From a virus (taxonomy: Duplodnaviria; Heunggongvirae; Uroviricota; Caudoviricetes): DNA of 45,855 nucleotides. The translations under genes were made by a program, and so were the position numbers. Below the pieces are notes generated by a model. It worked only from the letters and a program-made list of their open reading frames with translations. It made no database searches and was not told where the DNA came from. The DNA is taken from IMG/VR virus record IMGVR_UViG_2531839662_000038, one strand, 5' to 3'. This document shows, piece after piece, positions 1 to 8,745 of the stretch (position 1 is its first letter; each line of letters opens with the position of its first letter).

Positions 1-1284
1 TTACTTCTTCGCCTCTGCAACCACTTTACTACCCACGCCGCGGTTATTGTATTCCCACATGCGGTTGTAGTTAGTGTCATTCAGATTGCGCTGTATTTCG
101 TCGTTATCATCTACGCTGCCGGTATTACCCGCAAACGGACGATTAGAGATCACCGCATCGGCCCACGGTTTAGCCGTGTTAAAACCTTCGTTGATGGCGC
201 TATCACGGATCACCACCTGACCGTTGGTATTGGCATCAACATCCAGCGAGCGGCCCAGTTGCGCCACACCATCACCGAAAGCATTGAAACGGCTGTTTAC
301 GGCGAGGAAACCGTAGTAAATGTTGGACAGCGTAGCCGGTGCAAACACATACGCTTCTTGCTGAGTACGTGAGTTCACCACGCGGAATTCGGTGTTATCG
401 AACACCACTGCGCCGCGACCAGAAACGATATCCACATCCCCTTCAATGTAGCTGTTGGTCACCAGCGTACGCGGCTGACGATTTGTTTCCAGACGGTTCT
501 GCACACCGCTGTTGGTGACAAAGAAGGTGTTCTGACGACCGAGAATGTTAACGTTGTTAATCTGTACCTGGTCACCATCAGTACGCAGTGCCACCGCCGG
601 ATGGTTACCTGCATCTACGCTATCGCCCAGCGTGTTTTCGATGGTCAGATTTTGCAGTTGCAGGCCATTGTTTTGTGACCAGAAGACCGCAGAGCAGAGA
701 ACACCGATACTGTCGCTGCGTTTGCTCTGGCAGCTATCGTACATATACCACGCTGGTTTACCTGGCATATATTTGCCGCGCGGGTTGACGTCGTGACGCC
801 AGTCGGCAGGGCTCATGCCACCATCAAGGGAAAGCCCAATCTTCACATCAATCGGTTTTTCACCTGTACCGTACAGAGTAATTCCACCCGGAGCGGCAGG
901 GACATATACCGTTCCCTGATACTCACCAGGCATCACGGCAATATACTGGCGCTTGTTGGTACGCTTGATAATTGCCGCATCTACCGCCGCCTGAATCGTG
1001 GTATGCGTTACACCTTGAGTGCCCGCCGGGCCGACAACAAAGTCAGGTTGCGCAGGCAGGGTAATCGGGGAAGGATTCCACGCTGCAGCACCTGGTGTCA
1101 GGGATGCAAAATAGTGTTGAGCATCGAAATTCTGCGCTTCTTTTGCCGACAGAATCGGGCGAGAAGAGGTACCAGGCGCGGTTTGATCAGAAGGACGTTG
1201 ATCGGGCGGGGTTGAGCTACAGGCGGTCAGCGTCACGCCAAAAGCCAATGCCAGCGCCAGACGGGAAACTGAAAATGTGTTCAC
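1..1284 (-). CDS. ybhC: YbhC, outer-membrane lipoprotein (pectinesterase-like / acyl-CoA thioesterase family); host gene on the gal side of the lambda attachment site
   Basis: Full 427-aa ORF with N-terminal lipoprotein signal (LTACSS); recognised as E. coli YbhC; sits immediately left of the lambda att core. Confidence 0.9.
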   Translation of the reverse strand: MNTFSVSRLALALAFGVTLTACSSTPPDQRPSDQTAPGTSSRPILSAKEAQNFDAQHYFASLTPGAAAWNPSPITLPAQPDFVVGPAGTQGVTHTTIQAAVDAAIIKRTNKRQYIAVMPGEYQGTVYVPAAPGGITLYGTGEKPIDVKIGLSLDGGMSPADWRHDVNPRGKYMPGKPAWYMYDSCQSKRSDSIGVLCSAVFWSQNNGLQLQNLTIENTLGDSVDAGNHPAVALRTDGDQVQINNVNILGRQNTFFVTNSGVQNRLETNRQPRTLVTNSYIEGDVDIVSGRGAVVFDNTEFRVVNSRTQQEAYVFAPATLSNIYYGFLAVNSRFNAFGDGVAQLGRSLDVDANTNGQVVIRDSAINEGFNTAKPWADAVISNRPFAGNTGSVDDNDEIQRNLNDTNYNRMWEYNNRGVGSKVVAEAKK

Positions 1285-1299
1285 AGGTTGCTCCGGGCT

Positions 1300-1420
1300 A
1301 TGAAATAGAAAAATGAATCCGTTGAAGCCTGCTTTTTTATACTAAGTTGGCATTATAAAAAAGCATTGCTTATCAATTTGTTGCAACGAACAGGTCACTA
1401 TCAGTCAAAATAAAATCATT
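1300..1420. other. attL: Lambda-type attL (core GCTTTTTTATACTAA at 1331..1345 plus P' arm running to the int stop)
   Basis: Sequence 1331..1440 matches the remembered lambda attP core and P' arm; directly abuts int 3' end. Confidence 0.9.
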
Positions 1421-2489
1421 ATTTGATTTCAATTTTGTCCCACTCCCTGCCTCTGTCATCACGATACTGTGATGCCATGGTGTCCGACTTATGCCCGAGA
1501 AGATGTTGAGCAAACTTATCGCTTATCTGCTTCTCATAGAGTCTTGCAGACAAACTGCGCAACTCGTGAAAGGTAGGCGGATCCCCTTCGAAGGAAAGAC
1601 CTGATGCTTTTCGTGCGCGCATAAAATACCTTGATACTGTGCCGGATGAAAGCGGTTCGCGACGAGTAGATGCAATTATGGTTTCTCCGCCAAGAATCTC
1701 TTTGCATTTATCAAGTGTTTCCTTCATTGATATTCCGAGAGCATCAACATGCAATGCTGTTGGGATGGCAATTTTTACGCCTGTTTTGCTTTGCTCGACA
1801 TAAAGATATCCATCTACGATATCAGACCACTTCATTTCGCATAAATCACCAACTCGTTGCCCGGTAACAACAGCCAGTTCCATTGCAAGTCTGAGCCAAC
1901 ATGGTGATGATTCTGCTGCTTGATAAATTTTCAGGTATTCGTCAGCCGTAAGTCTTGATCTCCTTACCTCTGATTTTGCTGCGCGAGTGGCAGCGACAGG
2001 GTTTGTTGTTATATGGCCTTCAGCTATTGCCTCTCGGAATGCATCGCTCAGTGTTGATCTGATTAACTTGGCTGACGCCGCCTTGCCCTCGTCTATGTAT
2101 CCATTGAGCATTGCCGCAATTTCTTTTGTGGTGATGTCTTCAAGTGGAGCATCAGGCAGACCCCTCCTTATTGCTTTAATTTTGCTCATGTAATTTATGA
2201 GTGTCTTCTGCTTGATTCCTCTGCTGGCCAGGATTTTTTCGTAGCGATCAAGCCATGAATGTAACGTAACGGAATTATCACTGTTGATTCTCGCTGTCAG
2301 AGGCTTGTGTTTGTGTCCTGAAAATAACTCAATGTTGGCCTGTATAGCTTCAGTGATTGCGATTCGCCTGTCTCGGCCTAATCCAAACTCTTTACCCGTC
2401 CTTGGGTCCCTGTAGCAGTAATATCCATTGTTTCTTATATAAAGGTTAGGGGGTAAATCCCGGCGCTCATGACTTCGCCTTCTTCCCAT
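1419..2489 (-). CDS. int: Tyrosine integrase, lambda Int type
   Basis: 356-aa ORF starting MGRRRSHERRDLPPNLYIRNNGYYCYRDPRTGKEF, recognised as lambda Int; transcribed toward attL. Confidence 0.97.
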   Translation of the reverse strand: MGRRRSHERRDLPPNLYIRNNGYYCYRDPRTGKEFGLGRDRRIAITEAIQANIELFSGHKHKPLTARINSDNSVTLHSWLDRYEKILASRGIKQKTLINYMSKIKAIRRGLPDAPLEDITTKEIAAMLNGYIDEGKAASAKLIRSTLSDAFREAIAEGHITTNPVAATRAAKSEVRRSRLTADEYLKIYQAAESSPCWLRLAMELAVVTGQRVGDLCEMKWSDIVDGYLYVEQSKTGVKIAIPTALHVDALGISMKETLDKCKEILGGETIIASTRREPLSSGTVSRYFMRARKASGLSFEGDPPTFHELRSLSARLYEKQISDKFAQHLLGHKSDTMASQYRDDRGREWDKIEIK

Positions 2490-2685
2490 TTCTGATCCTC
2501 TTCAAAAGGCTACCTGTTATTGGTCGATTTAAGTCAACCTTTACTGCTGATTCGTGGAACAAATACTCTCTTCCGTCCTTAATCGGTGGTGGGAATATCC
2601 TGCACTCGCGTACCCATCGACGAACTGTTTCAAGGCTTCTTGGGCGCCGCTGGCGTGCGTTCCACTCCTGAAGTGTCAAGTACAT
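2467..2685 (-). CDS. xis: Excisionase, lambda Xis type
   Basis: 72-aa ORF MYLTLQEWNARQRRPRSLETVRRWVRE..., overlaps int start as in lambda. Confidence 0.95.
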   Translation of the reverse strand: MYLTLQEWNARQRRPRSLETVRRWVRECRIFPPPIKDGREYLFHESAVKVDLNRPITGSLLKRIRNGKKAKS

Positions 2686-2769
2686 CGCAAAGTCTCCGCA
2701 ATTACTCGCAAGGGAACGAGTAGTGGTTGATTTTCTCCAACAAAAAAGGAGCCGAAGCTCCTTTGATGA

Positions 2770-3393
2770 TTAAAATTCGAATTGTCTCGCCCGAAGGCTT
2801 TTCAACATTGGTCTTGCCCGTTCGAAAACGGCGCTTGTCTGGTCAAGTCGTGTCGCCTCCCTGAGCAGTACATCTCTGTTTTTCGTCACCGCATAGAAGG
2901 TTTCAAACGCAATGTCATACAGCTTACTCGCGTATGATGAGTTAAGTTCCTTCATTATCGGGTACAGGCGTTTGCAGATGTCCTGTGCATTCTCCATCTG
3001 TACCTGCATGTAGCAGAGGAGGATGATTTCCTCGTCTGTGAATTGCTGCGCTGGTTGCATGCTGCGAAGTTTCTTTTCGCACTCGATGAAGTATCGGCGT
3101 ATCTGGCGGCCTTTTTCGTTGCGCTCGACCATTGCCAGCTCTTTGGCTGTGTCGAGGGTGAGGTGGTAATCCTTGCGGTTGTGACCGCCTCTACCAGATG
3201 TTTGCTTTCCCAAATTGGAAAGCAAAATATAGTCTTGATTTTCAATGAATTCGTATTCTGAAATGCGATTTGTAATCCATGCCGCAAACACCTTTTTCAC
3301 GCCTAAAAAAGCATGCAGATTGCGGGCATTGCAGAGTAGGGCTGTTTCGTTGGCGATAGTGCCGTTGAATACGGGGATGAGTTGACTGGTCAT
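2770..3393 (-). CDS. Phage antirepressor-like protein (AntA/KilAC-type domain), accessory early-left gene
   Basis: 207-aa ORF; segment DYHLTLDTAKELAMVERNEKGRQIRRYFIE resembles the conserved antirepressor C-terminal motif; family call from memory only. Confidence 0.5.
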   Translation of the reverse strand: MTSQLIPVFNGTIANETALLCNARNLHAFLGVKKVFAAWITNRISEYEFIENQDYILLSNLGKQTSGRGGHNRKDYHLTLDTAKELAMVERNEKGRQIRRYFIECEKKLRSMQPAQQFTDEEIILLCYMQVQMENAQDICKRLYPIMKELNSSYASKLYDIAFETFYAVTKNRDVLLREATRLDQTSAVFERARPMLKSLRARQFEF

Positions 3394-3739
3394 TTTTATG
3401 TCCTTTGCATTTGTTCAGATAGCCCTGTGTTCAGCAGGGCGGTCAGGTACTTGAACACCGTGCAAAGTCGGCCCGTATCCTTAACCTTTCGGCTGTTTTT
3501 CGGTATACGCGCTACCCGACCATATCTGAGAAATGGACATAAAAAAGCCGCATGACTGACGGGTGCGGTTTCCGCTTTGCAAGGTGTGTTCAGCACCATG
3601 AAGCGGAATATAGCCCCGTTAATGCGGATTTGTCAAATCATGTAGGCCTTATCTTGCTGTAAGCCGCGCCATTCGGGCTTTTCCCCATATTTGGGGAAAA
3701 CTATCTGCGAATTATTCACCTTTGACGGCAAGTTGCAGG

Positions 3740-4357
3740 TTAGCCACGCTTAACCTCCTGCGGCGGTTCCGGTAGCGGCATCCAGTGAGTTGCTTGCTCA
3801 ATACCATTACCCGGCTTAATCGTTGCATCTCCGCGCCGAAAGGTGCTTCCGGTATAGCGTGCGGAGCATATTAGCGGTTCAACCAGAGAGCTATCGAAAT
3901 TCACCGAAATAAGCACGTTCTGGCCCTTTTCAGGCATTCGCTCACTACAGCTTATCCAACCATCCTTAATGCAATTACCTTGACTCTGAAGCATAGCGGC
4001 ACGACAGGCGTTCCAGCCTCTCACCTCTGCAATAGCGGCAACAGCATCAACCGCGTACATTTTAAGAGGGTTAGGCATTGGTTTTTCTTCCGGTACTACT
4101 GGAACGGGGGGAGCGGCGTAGACCTCAATAATTCCATTATCAATAGGCCATTCTCCATCCTTGAGGTAGTCACTTGCGCCGTCAACTTGCTGTTCTGCAA
4201 TGTGGAATGCACCTATTGGTTTTGCTTCCAGCGATGCCAGTGCAATTCGTGCCAGTTCTTCCGCTTCTTCTGCTGGCAGTACAACGTTGCTACCAGGTCC
4301 GTATGTTTCGCGCCACTGCTTGATTGTCAGTAGTCGCTCTTTGGTAATAGTGGTCAT
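3740..4357 (-). CDS. DUF551-family phage protein
   Basis: 205-aa ORF; C-terminal THWMPLPEPP motif typical of DUF551. Confidence 0.5.
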   Translation of the reverse strand: MTTITKERLLTIKQWRETYGPGSNVVLPAEEAEELARIALASLEAKPIGAFHIAEQQVDGASDYLKDGEWPIDNGIIEVYAAPPVPVVPEEKPMPNPLKMYAVDAVAAIAEVRGWNACRAAMLQSQGNCIKDGWISCSERMPEKGQNVLISVNFDSSLVEPLICSARYTGSTFRRGDATIKPGNGIEQATHWMPLPEPPQEVKRG

Positions 4358-4367
4358 AGGTTAGTCC

Positions 4368-4988
4368 TTAATCATCTGCTTGCAGTGGTGGTAAATCCGG
4401 CACTGTTACGCCAAACAATGCAGCCAGCGCACGATAGTTTTGCTCACTGTGATAGCGGCCTTTACAGCGAACCAGTTTTTCAGCGGCTGTAACAATCGAG
4501 CTTTGTTCTGCTATGCGCTTTTCTGAGGCTTCAAGTAACGCCTGCTTGTCGCGTAGTGCTTCTTCCAGTTCAGCAACATGGCATTCACTATCAATGAGGT
4601 TGTTCTCTGTTGCTTCCAGCTCAACACGCAGCTTCACTACCGTTAGCGCAATATCCTCGTTCTCCTGATCGCGGAGTTTGATGTATTGCTGGTTTCTTTC
4701 CCGTTCATCCAGCAGTGCCAGCACAGTAACAGGATTGGCTGCGGCGATGAATTCAGCATTGGCCTGCTGTTCCATTTGGAAATCTTCATCGAAACCGCTT
4801 TCAGGATGCACTCCTTCAATTCTGCAAATGGGAAGATATCCAACAACGTCACGATGAATTAGCGCATCATCACAATCAAATCGGCTCTCTCCATATTCTA
4901 GCGACCACACACCACACGTTGCTTTCTCTGCCTTTTCACGCAGTGCCTGATAATCAATCTGGCTCACTGGTTGCCTCCTTTGCGCCAC
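4368..4988 (-). CDS. Ead/Ea22-like protein
   Basis: 206-aa ORF with central coiled coil; resembles Ea22-family proteins of lambdoid early-left regions. Confidence 0.5.
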   Translation of the reverse strand: MAQRRQPVSQIDYQALREKAEKATCGVWSLEYGESRFDCDDALIHRDVVGYLPICRIEGVHPESGFDEDFQMEQQANAEFIAAANPVTVLALLDERERNQQYIKLRDQENEDIALTVVKLRVELEATENNLIDSECHVAELEEALRDKQALLEASEKRIAEQSSIVTAAEKLVRCKGRYHSEQNYRALAALFGVTVPDLPPLQADD

Positions 4989-5141
4989 ATCGCATTCAGA
5001 TATTTGTTTTGATTCACTGACGGAAAAGAATTTCTCTTAAGTAATTCCTCTCTCGATGGCATTGGCTTTACGCGTTGGCGAATAATCATTTCTGCCGGAA
5101 GAATGCCGGGATTGTATGCAAGTCCTCTCATGGTAAATTCC

Positions 5142-5435
5142 TCAGTCATTACTGATAGCGCCATAGCGTGAGCGGTAATTACGCAGGCGCGGGTCAATTT
5201 CATGGAAGTGGGTATATGTGGCTTTGCGGAATGGTCGGATTGATGTCTGGTAAATTCGCTCGCGTTCTTCTTTCTCTGCAAGCCATATACAATGGCGAAA
5301 TTCCTTTTCCTCTTTCGTTTCCTGCGGTAGCGACATTATCCTGTCGTAGTTTTTCCTGAATTTATCCAGCACCTCCGATACGGAATTGCCGGAACAGCGG
5401 CGCGCGTCGTCCGCACCATACAGAGGCGCTGGCAT
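5142..5435 (-). CDS. Hypothetical early-left protein
   Basis: 97-aa ORF in operon context; the overlapping ORF 4964..5281 probably contributes only a short downstream gene (ATG at 5131 with GAGG Shine-Dalgarno). Confidence 0.4.
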   Translation of the reverse strand: MPAPLYGADDARRCSGNSVSEVLDKFRKNYDRIMSLPQETKEEKEFRHCIWLAEKEERERIYQTSIRPFRKATYTHFHEIDPRLRNYRSRYGAISND

Positions 5436-5458
5436 AATGGGAGCCTTATTTTAAGTAA

Positions 5459-6046
5459 TCAGAAAGGAGGGTAATCGTTCTGGCTGTAACCATAATCATC
5501 TGCATGATTCTGGCTTACGTTTTTAGAGCGATTGTCTTTATCTTTGAGGCTGGCAACCATGTTGGCGATAGTTTCTGGTTGCTTGCCTTCCGCCTTTTCT
5601 TTAAGGGTTTGACCTGTTTGTGCAATAAACGGGATGCGTATTTCCATCTGGTAGCTGTCTGCGCCAGTCTTTTTGTTTGTGGTTAATACTTTCTGGAGCA
5701 CTAACCCGATTTTCTTTCCATGAAATTCAGGAGCAACAAATTTACTGGCGGAAACCATATGTTGCGTTAATTGTCCAATCCCGGCACACCCCATCATGGC
5801 GTGGACGACATTTGCGCCAAATTTATTTTCCGTTCCGTCATTTTTCTGAACACAGACGCTAAGATATTGGATTTTACGTCCGTCGTCGGATTCGCCAGAA
5901 AACTCAATAAATTTGGCTCCTTTTTCTGATTGCTTTAGTTCTGCTTCAGTAATGGTAATGATATGAGCGCCAGTTTCGTTAATAAAACCACCTTGCCCTG
6001 CGGTCAGTGCTGCTTCTTCGTTATAAGTAAAAATCACGTTGTTCAT
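5459..6046 (-). CDS. SSB-like protein (DUF669-type) partnered with Sak4
   Basis: 195-aa ORF; acidic/aromatic C-terminal tip (DDYGYSQNDYPPF) resembling the SSB C-terminal DDDIPF tail; immediately downstream of Sak4. Confidence 0.55.
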   Translation of the reverse strand: MNNVIFTYNEEAALTAGQGGFINETGAHIITITEAELKQSEKGAKFIEFSGESDDGRKIQYLSVCVQKNDGTENKFGANVVHAMMGCAGIGQLTQHMVSASKFVAPEFHGKKIGLVLQKVLTTNKKTGADSYQMEIRIPFIAQTGQTLKEKAEGKQPETIANMVASLKDKDNRSKNVSQNHADDYGYSQNDYPPF

Positions 6047-6723
6047 GCTGCGTTTTCCTTAATTTGATGAACATTATTGATGCCGTAGTAATCACAAACA
6101 GTGGCATCGACGAAAGAGAGATCGTTATCAATCTCATTGGAGTCAAACATTCCCATTGGGGATTTAACAGTGTCTGCACCGTTGTTTTTTGTGGTGAAAA
6201 AGAACTGGTCATCACGGGTAAGGGTGCGAAGAACTATAGTAAACATGCCTTCGACAGTGATTTTCTCGTCCAGCATTTTGCCGATAGTTTTCATTTTCAC
6301 GCGCCCCATAGGGGTTTCTTCGGTGTGTGCAAGAAAATAGACTCTCAGGTCATCAGGTGCATCCTGTGCAGCCTTAATCACCTCCCATGCGTGGCGGCCT
6401 ATCTCAGTAAATTTATCAAACGATTTTTCTTCTGAGCGGCGCATAAACTCATTGCTCATCACATACTGGAAGTCATCAACAATAACGATTCTTTTCCCGT
6501 ATTCGTGAGCACGCTTAATTACGGCAACTATTACGTCCCATTTGTCAGTGGTAACTACGGTTCCTTTTTTTGCTCTGGCATCCCATGCAAGCCAGTCTTT
6601 TGATTTAAATGGTAGCGGCTTGCCTATTGGTTTTATAAGTATTGCTTCCTCTGGATTGATATTTCTCATGCTGGTTGATTTTCCGGTGCCAGATTCACCG
6701 AGTATTAATGTCGCAGTTCCCAT
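6043..6723 (-). CDS. sak4: Sak4-type RecA-like single-strand annealing ATPase
   Basis: 226-aa ORF; Walker A GESGTGKST and Walker B IVIVDD; occupies the position of lambda Red genes. Confidence 0.7.
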   Translation of the reverse strand: MGTATLILGESGTGKSTSMRNINPEEAILIKPIGKPLPFKSKDWLAWDARAKKGTVVTTDKWDVIVAVIKRAHEYGKRIVIVDDFQYVMSNEFMRRSEEKSFDKFTEIGRHAWEVIKAAQDAPDDLRVYFLAHTEETPMGRVKMKTIGKMLDEKITVEGMFTIVLRTLTRDDQFFFTTKNNGADTVKSPMGMFDSNEIDNDLSFVDATVCDYYGINNVHQIKENAA

Positions 6724-6731
6724 AATTTGCC

Positions 6732-6932
6732 TCAGAATGGTAATTCGGATGGGACGGAAAGAAATTCGCGCTCATTCATGCGCTCTCTTTGAGCCTGCCA
6801 TAAACAAAGTTGTTTCTTTGATTTATCTCCCGCTTTACGCCAGTAACGAGCCTCAGCAATGTGATATTCTCTTTTTAATCGACTTAATTCTGGAGTTTTC
6901 GCCAGTTCTACCGGAATCATTTTGACCTCCAT
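6732..6932 (-). CDS. Hypothetical small protein
   Basis: 66-aa ORF between Sak4 and kil. Confidence 0.4.
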   Translation of the reverse strand: MEVKMIPVELAKTPELSRLKREYHIAEARYWRKAGDKSKKQLCLWQAQRERMNEREFLSVPSELPF

Positions 6933-7030
6933 TTTCTGTAGGCTTCGATGGCCTCACGAAACATCTTTTCATCGCCAATAAAAGTGGCGATAGTGAATTT
7001 AGTCTGGATAGCCATAAGTGTTTGATCCAT
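6917..7030 (-). CDS. kil: Kil-like host-killing protein
   Basis: ORF 6917..7156 contains MDQTLMAIQTKFTIATFIGDEKMFREAIEAYRKWRSK, recognised as lambda-Kil-like; overlaps cIII by about 30 nt in another frame as in lambda; start codon uncertain. Confidence 0.55.
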   Translation of the reverse strand: MDQTLMAIQTKFTIATFIGDEKMFREAIEAYRKWRSK

Positions 7031-7163
7031 TTTTTGGGACTCCTGGCTGATTAAGTACGTCGATGAGTCGTTTCCATCCGTCACGTAATTTGCGGGTGAT
7101 TCGTTCAAGTAAAGATTCGGAAGGGCAGCCAGCAACAGGCCACCCTGCAATGGCATATTGCAT
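6999..7163 (-). CDS. cIII: CIII, inhibitor of FtsH (stabilises CII)
   Basis: Internal 54-aa segment MQYAIAGWPVAGCPSESLLERITRKLRDGWKRLIDVLNQPGVPKNGSNTYGYPD within ORF 6999..7223, recognised as lambda CIII. Confidence 0.9.
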   Translation of the reverse strand: MQYAIAGWPVAGCPSESLLERITRKLRDGWKRLIDVLNQPGVPKNGSNTYGYPD

Positions 7164-7223
7164 GGTGTGCTCCTTATTTATACATAACGAAAACGCCTCG
7201 AGTGAAGCGTTATTGGTATGCAT

Positions 7224-7251
7224 ATAAAAAGGCCCTCACACTGGAGGGCAA
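7224..7251 (-). terminator. Intrinsic terminator between N and cIII (tL1-like)
   Basis: Plus-strand GCCCTC-ACACTG-GAGGGC preceded by AAAA, i.e. hairpin plus U-run on the minus strand. Confidence 0.45.
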
Positions 7252-7466
7252 AGAAGATTTCCAATAATCAGAACAAGTCGGCTCCTGTTTAGTTACGAGC
7301 GACATTGCTCCGTGTATTCACTCGTTGGAATGAATACACAGTGCAGTGTTTATTCGTATGCCTGTCTTTTAACCACATCAGGCTCGGTGGTTCTCGTGTA
7401 CCCCTACAGCGAGAAATCGGATAAACTCTATTCACCCCCTACAGAGAGAATGATGGAGATTCACCG

Positions 7467-8006
7467 ATGAGTAACTGGTGGCAGGAACTATTACGTTTCT
7501 TCCTGCGTGGTCTTACGCTACAACAGTTAATTCATATGCTTATTATTTTAATTGCCTTGATAATAATCACCCCTGCATCAATTAAAGAGTGGGTAGATAT
7601 AAGGAACCCAGAAATACTTCCAGATCACTGGATGTATTACGCAATGCTTTTGTGTATCAGTTATGTTCTGAACAGGGTGATGGAGTTTATATTTCTGGCA
7701 TCTTCAGACAGATATAAAAAATATCTCAGTAAGAGAGATGAGGCTAAAGTAATTGTGGAGACTGAGCGCCTGTTCAATTCTCTGAGTATTCAGGAAAAAG
7801 AGGTTTTAGCATTTGCTGTTATGGCAAATAACAAAATCGTACTTAAGCACGGCGATCCGGTCGCTTTATCTCTTATGAGAAAAGGCCTTCTCCATCGCTC
7901 AGGTGTGACTTACAGCGCGTCAGGTAAAGAGAAATTTGTTATACCTGACGTCTGGTTCCATGAGTGTTATATGCGCTTTGCTGGTAAAGCTGATGAGCTA
8001 ATTTAG
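7467..8006 (+). CDS. sieB: Superinfection exclusion protein B-like membrane protein
   Basis: 179-aa ORF with two predicted transmembrane helices; located between cIII and N on the opposite strand, as sieB is in lambda/P22; good Shine-Dalgarno context. Confidence 0.5.
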   Translation: MSNWWQELLRFFLRGLTLQQLIHMLIILIALIIITPASIKEWVDIRNPEILPDHWMYYAMLLCISYVLNRVMEFIFLASSDRYKKYLSKRDEAKVIVETERLFNSLSIQEKEVLAFAVMANNKIVLKHGDPVALSLMRKGLLHRSGVTYSASGKEKFVIPDVWFHECYMRFAGKADELI

Positions 8007-8027
8007 TTCCTCGACGGCGGGGGATCG

Positions 8028-8300
8028 TCACCTCGCCGTCAGTTGTTTTGATTTCCGGTAGCCTGCCGCGTAAATAGCTACGTTCGGAAGACAAGTTGAA
8101 CCTTCATATTTTCTGGTCAACGTTGTCAGTGTTATTACTTCTGCTCTCATTGCTGGTTTGCGCTTGCATTGCAAGACCACTCGTGAGGGGGTTGGCCTGT
8201 GTAGCTTGTCGGAGCTAATCGACTCCTGACTTTGCAGATTTGCGCGACGAGCTCTACGGCGAGAAGCTGCGGTGCCTTTAAATTCTGTTTTTCTGGACAT
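8028..8300 (-). CDS. N: N-type antitermination protein (P22 gene 24 / phage 21 N family)
   Basis: 90 aa from MSRKTEFKGTAASRRRARRANLQ (arginine-rich motif); C-terminus VAIYAAGYRKSKQLTAR matches remembered P22 gp24 end; GGAGG Shine-Dalgarno before ATG at 8300. Confidence 0.75.
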   Translation of the reverse strand: MSRKTEFKGTAASRRRARRANLQSQESISSDKLHRPTPSRVVLQCKRKPAMRAEVITLTTLTRKYEGSTCLPNVAIYAAGYRKSKQLTAR

Positions 8301-8325
8301 AGATTCCTCCCGAATAAACTCTGGC

Positions 8326-8373
8326 GATGCAATCCCGAAGCTACTCCTGAGAGGGTTGCTTCGGCATTGCATC
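8326..8373 (-). promoter_or_regulatory. Long hairpin in the N leader (RNase III processing site-like)
   Basis: 16-bp inverted repeat with one mismatch (GATGCAATCCCGAAGC / GCTTCGGCATTGCATC) between nutL and the N start. Confidence 0.5.
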
Positions 8374-8417
8374 CCACAGCTTATGTGGTTGGGTGATCTG
8401 GCTTTTCAGCCACGTAG

Positions 8418-8446
8418 TCGAGTGTTCGACGTTGTTTAAAGAGCCT
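8418..8446 (-). promoter_or_regulatory. nutL: nutL candidate (boxA-like GGCTCTTTAAACAAC plus short boxB-like hairpin TCGAACACTCGA on the minus strand)
   Basis: boxA-like CGCTCTT-type motif on the transcribed strand upstream of N; the same architecture recurs at 10932..10959 (nutR). Confidence 0.45.
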
Positions 8447-8479
8447 GCCAGTCTGTTCCGTTTGGCTTACAGCGTCCTG

Positions 8480-8540
8480 CTGATGAGTTAACTTTATCGA
8501 AATGATAAATTAATGGCAATAGCAAAATGATAAATTGTTT
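8480..8540. promoter_or_regulatory. OL/pL operator-promoter region
   Basis: Palindrome TTTATCGAAATGATAAA (8493..8509) and second ATGATAAAT site (8527..8535); same half-site family as in OR. Confidence 0.5.
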
Positions 8541-8711
8541 TAGTTTTCAAATATCCTGTTGATTATTATGGTTTTTTATTTGATTGCAGGAATTTATCAG
8601 AAGGAATAAAGAGACTTGAGGGGGATCAGAATTGCGCGTTTTAGTGAGTTGTATCTGTTTATTTTTCAACAAATACAATCGATTATGTGTTTTTAGGTGG
8701 GCGAACGTTGG

Positions 8712-8740
8712 GCAAAGAAAACCCGGCACTGAGGCCGGGT
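8712..8740 (-). terminator. Intrinsic terminator ending the cI-linked leftward operon
   Basis: Plus-strand AAAGAAAA then CCCGGC-ACTGAG-GCCGGG, i.e. GC hairpin plus U-run on the minus strand, 5 nt after the ORF-B stop. Confidence 0.6.
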
Positions 8741-8745
8741 GTGTA

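Noticed and set aside
3396-3739. 67-aa minus-strand ORF and about 340 bp apparently non-coding spacer
   Set aside because: ORF has no convincing ribosome-binding site; could hide a promoter or small RNA, but no clear hairpin or promoter motif was found
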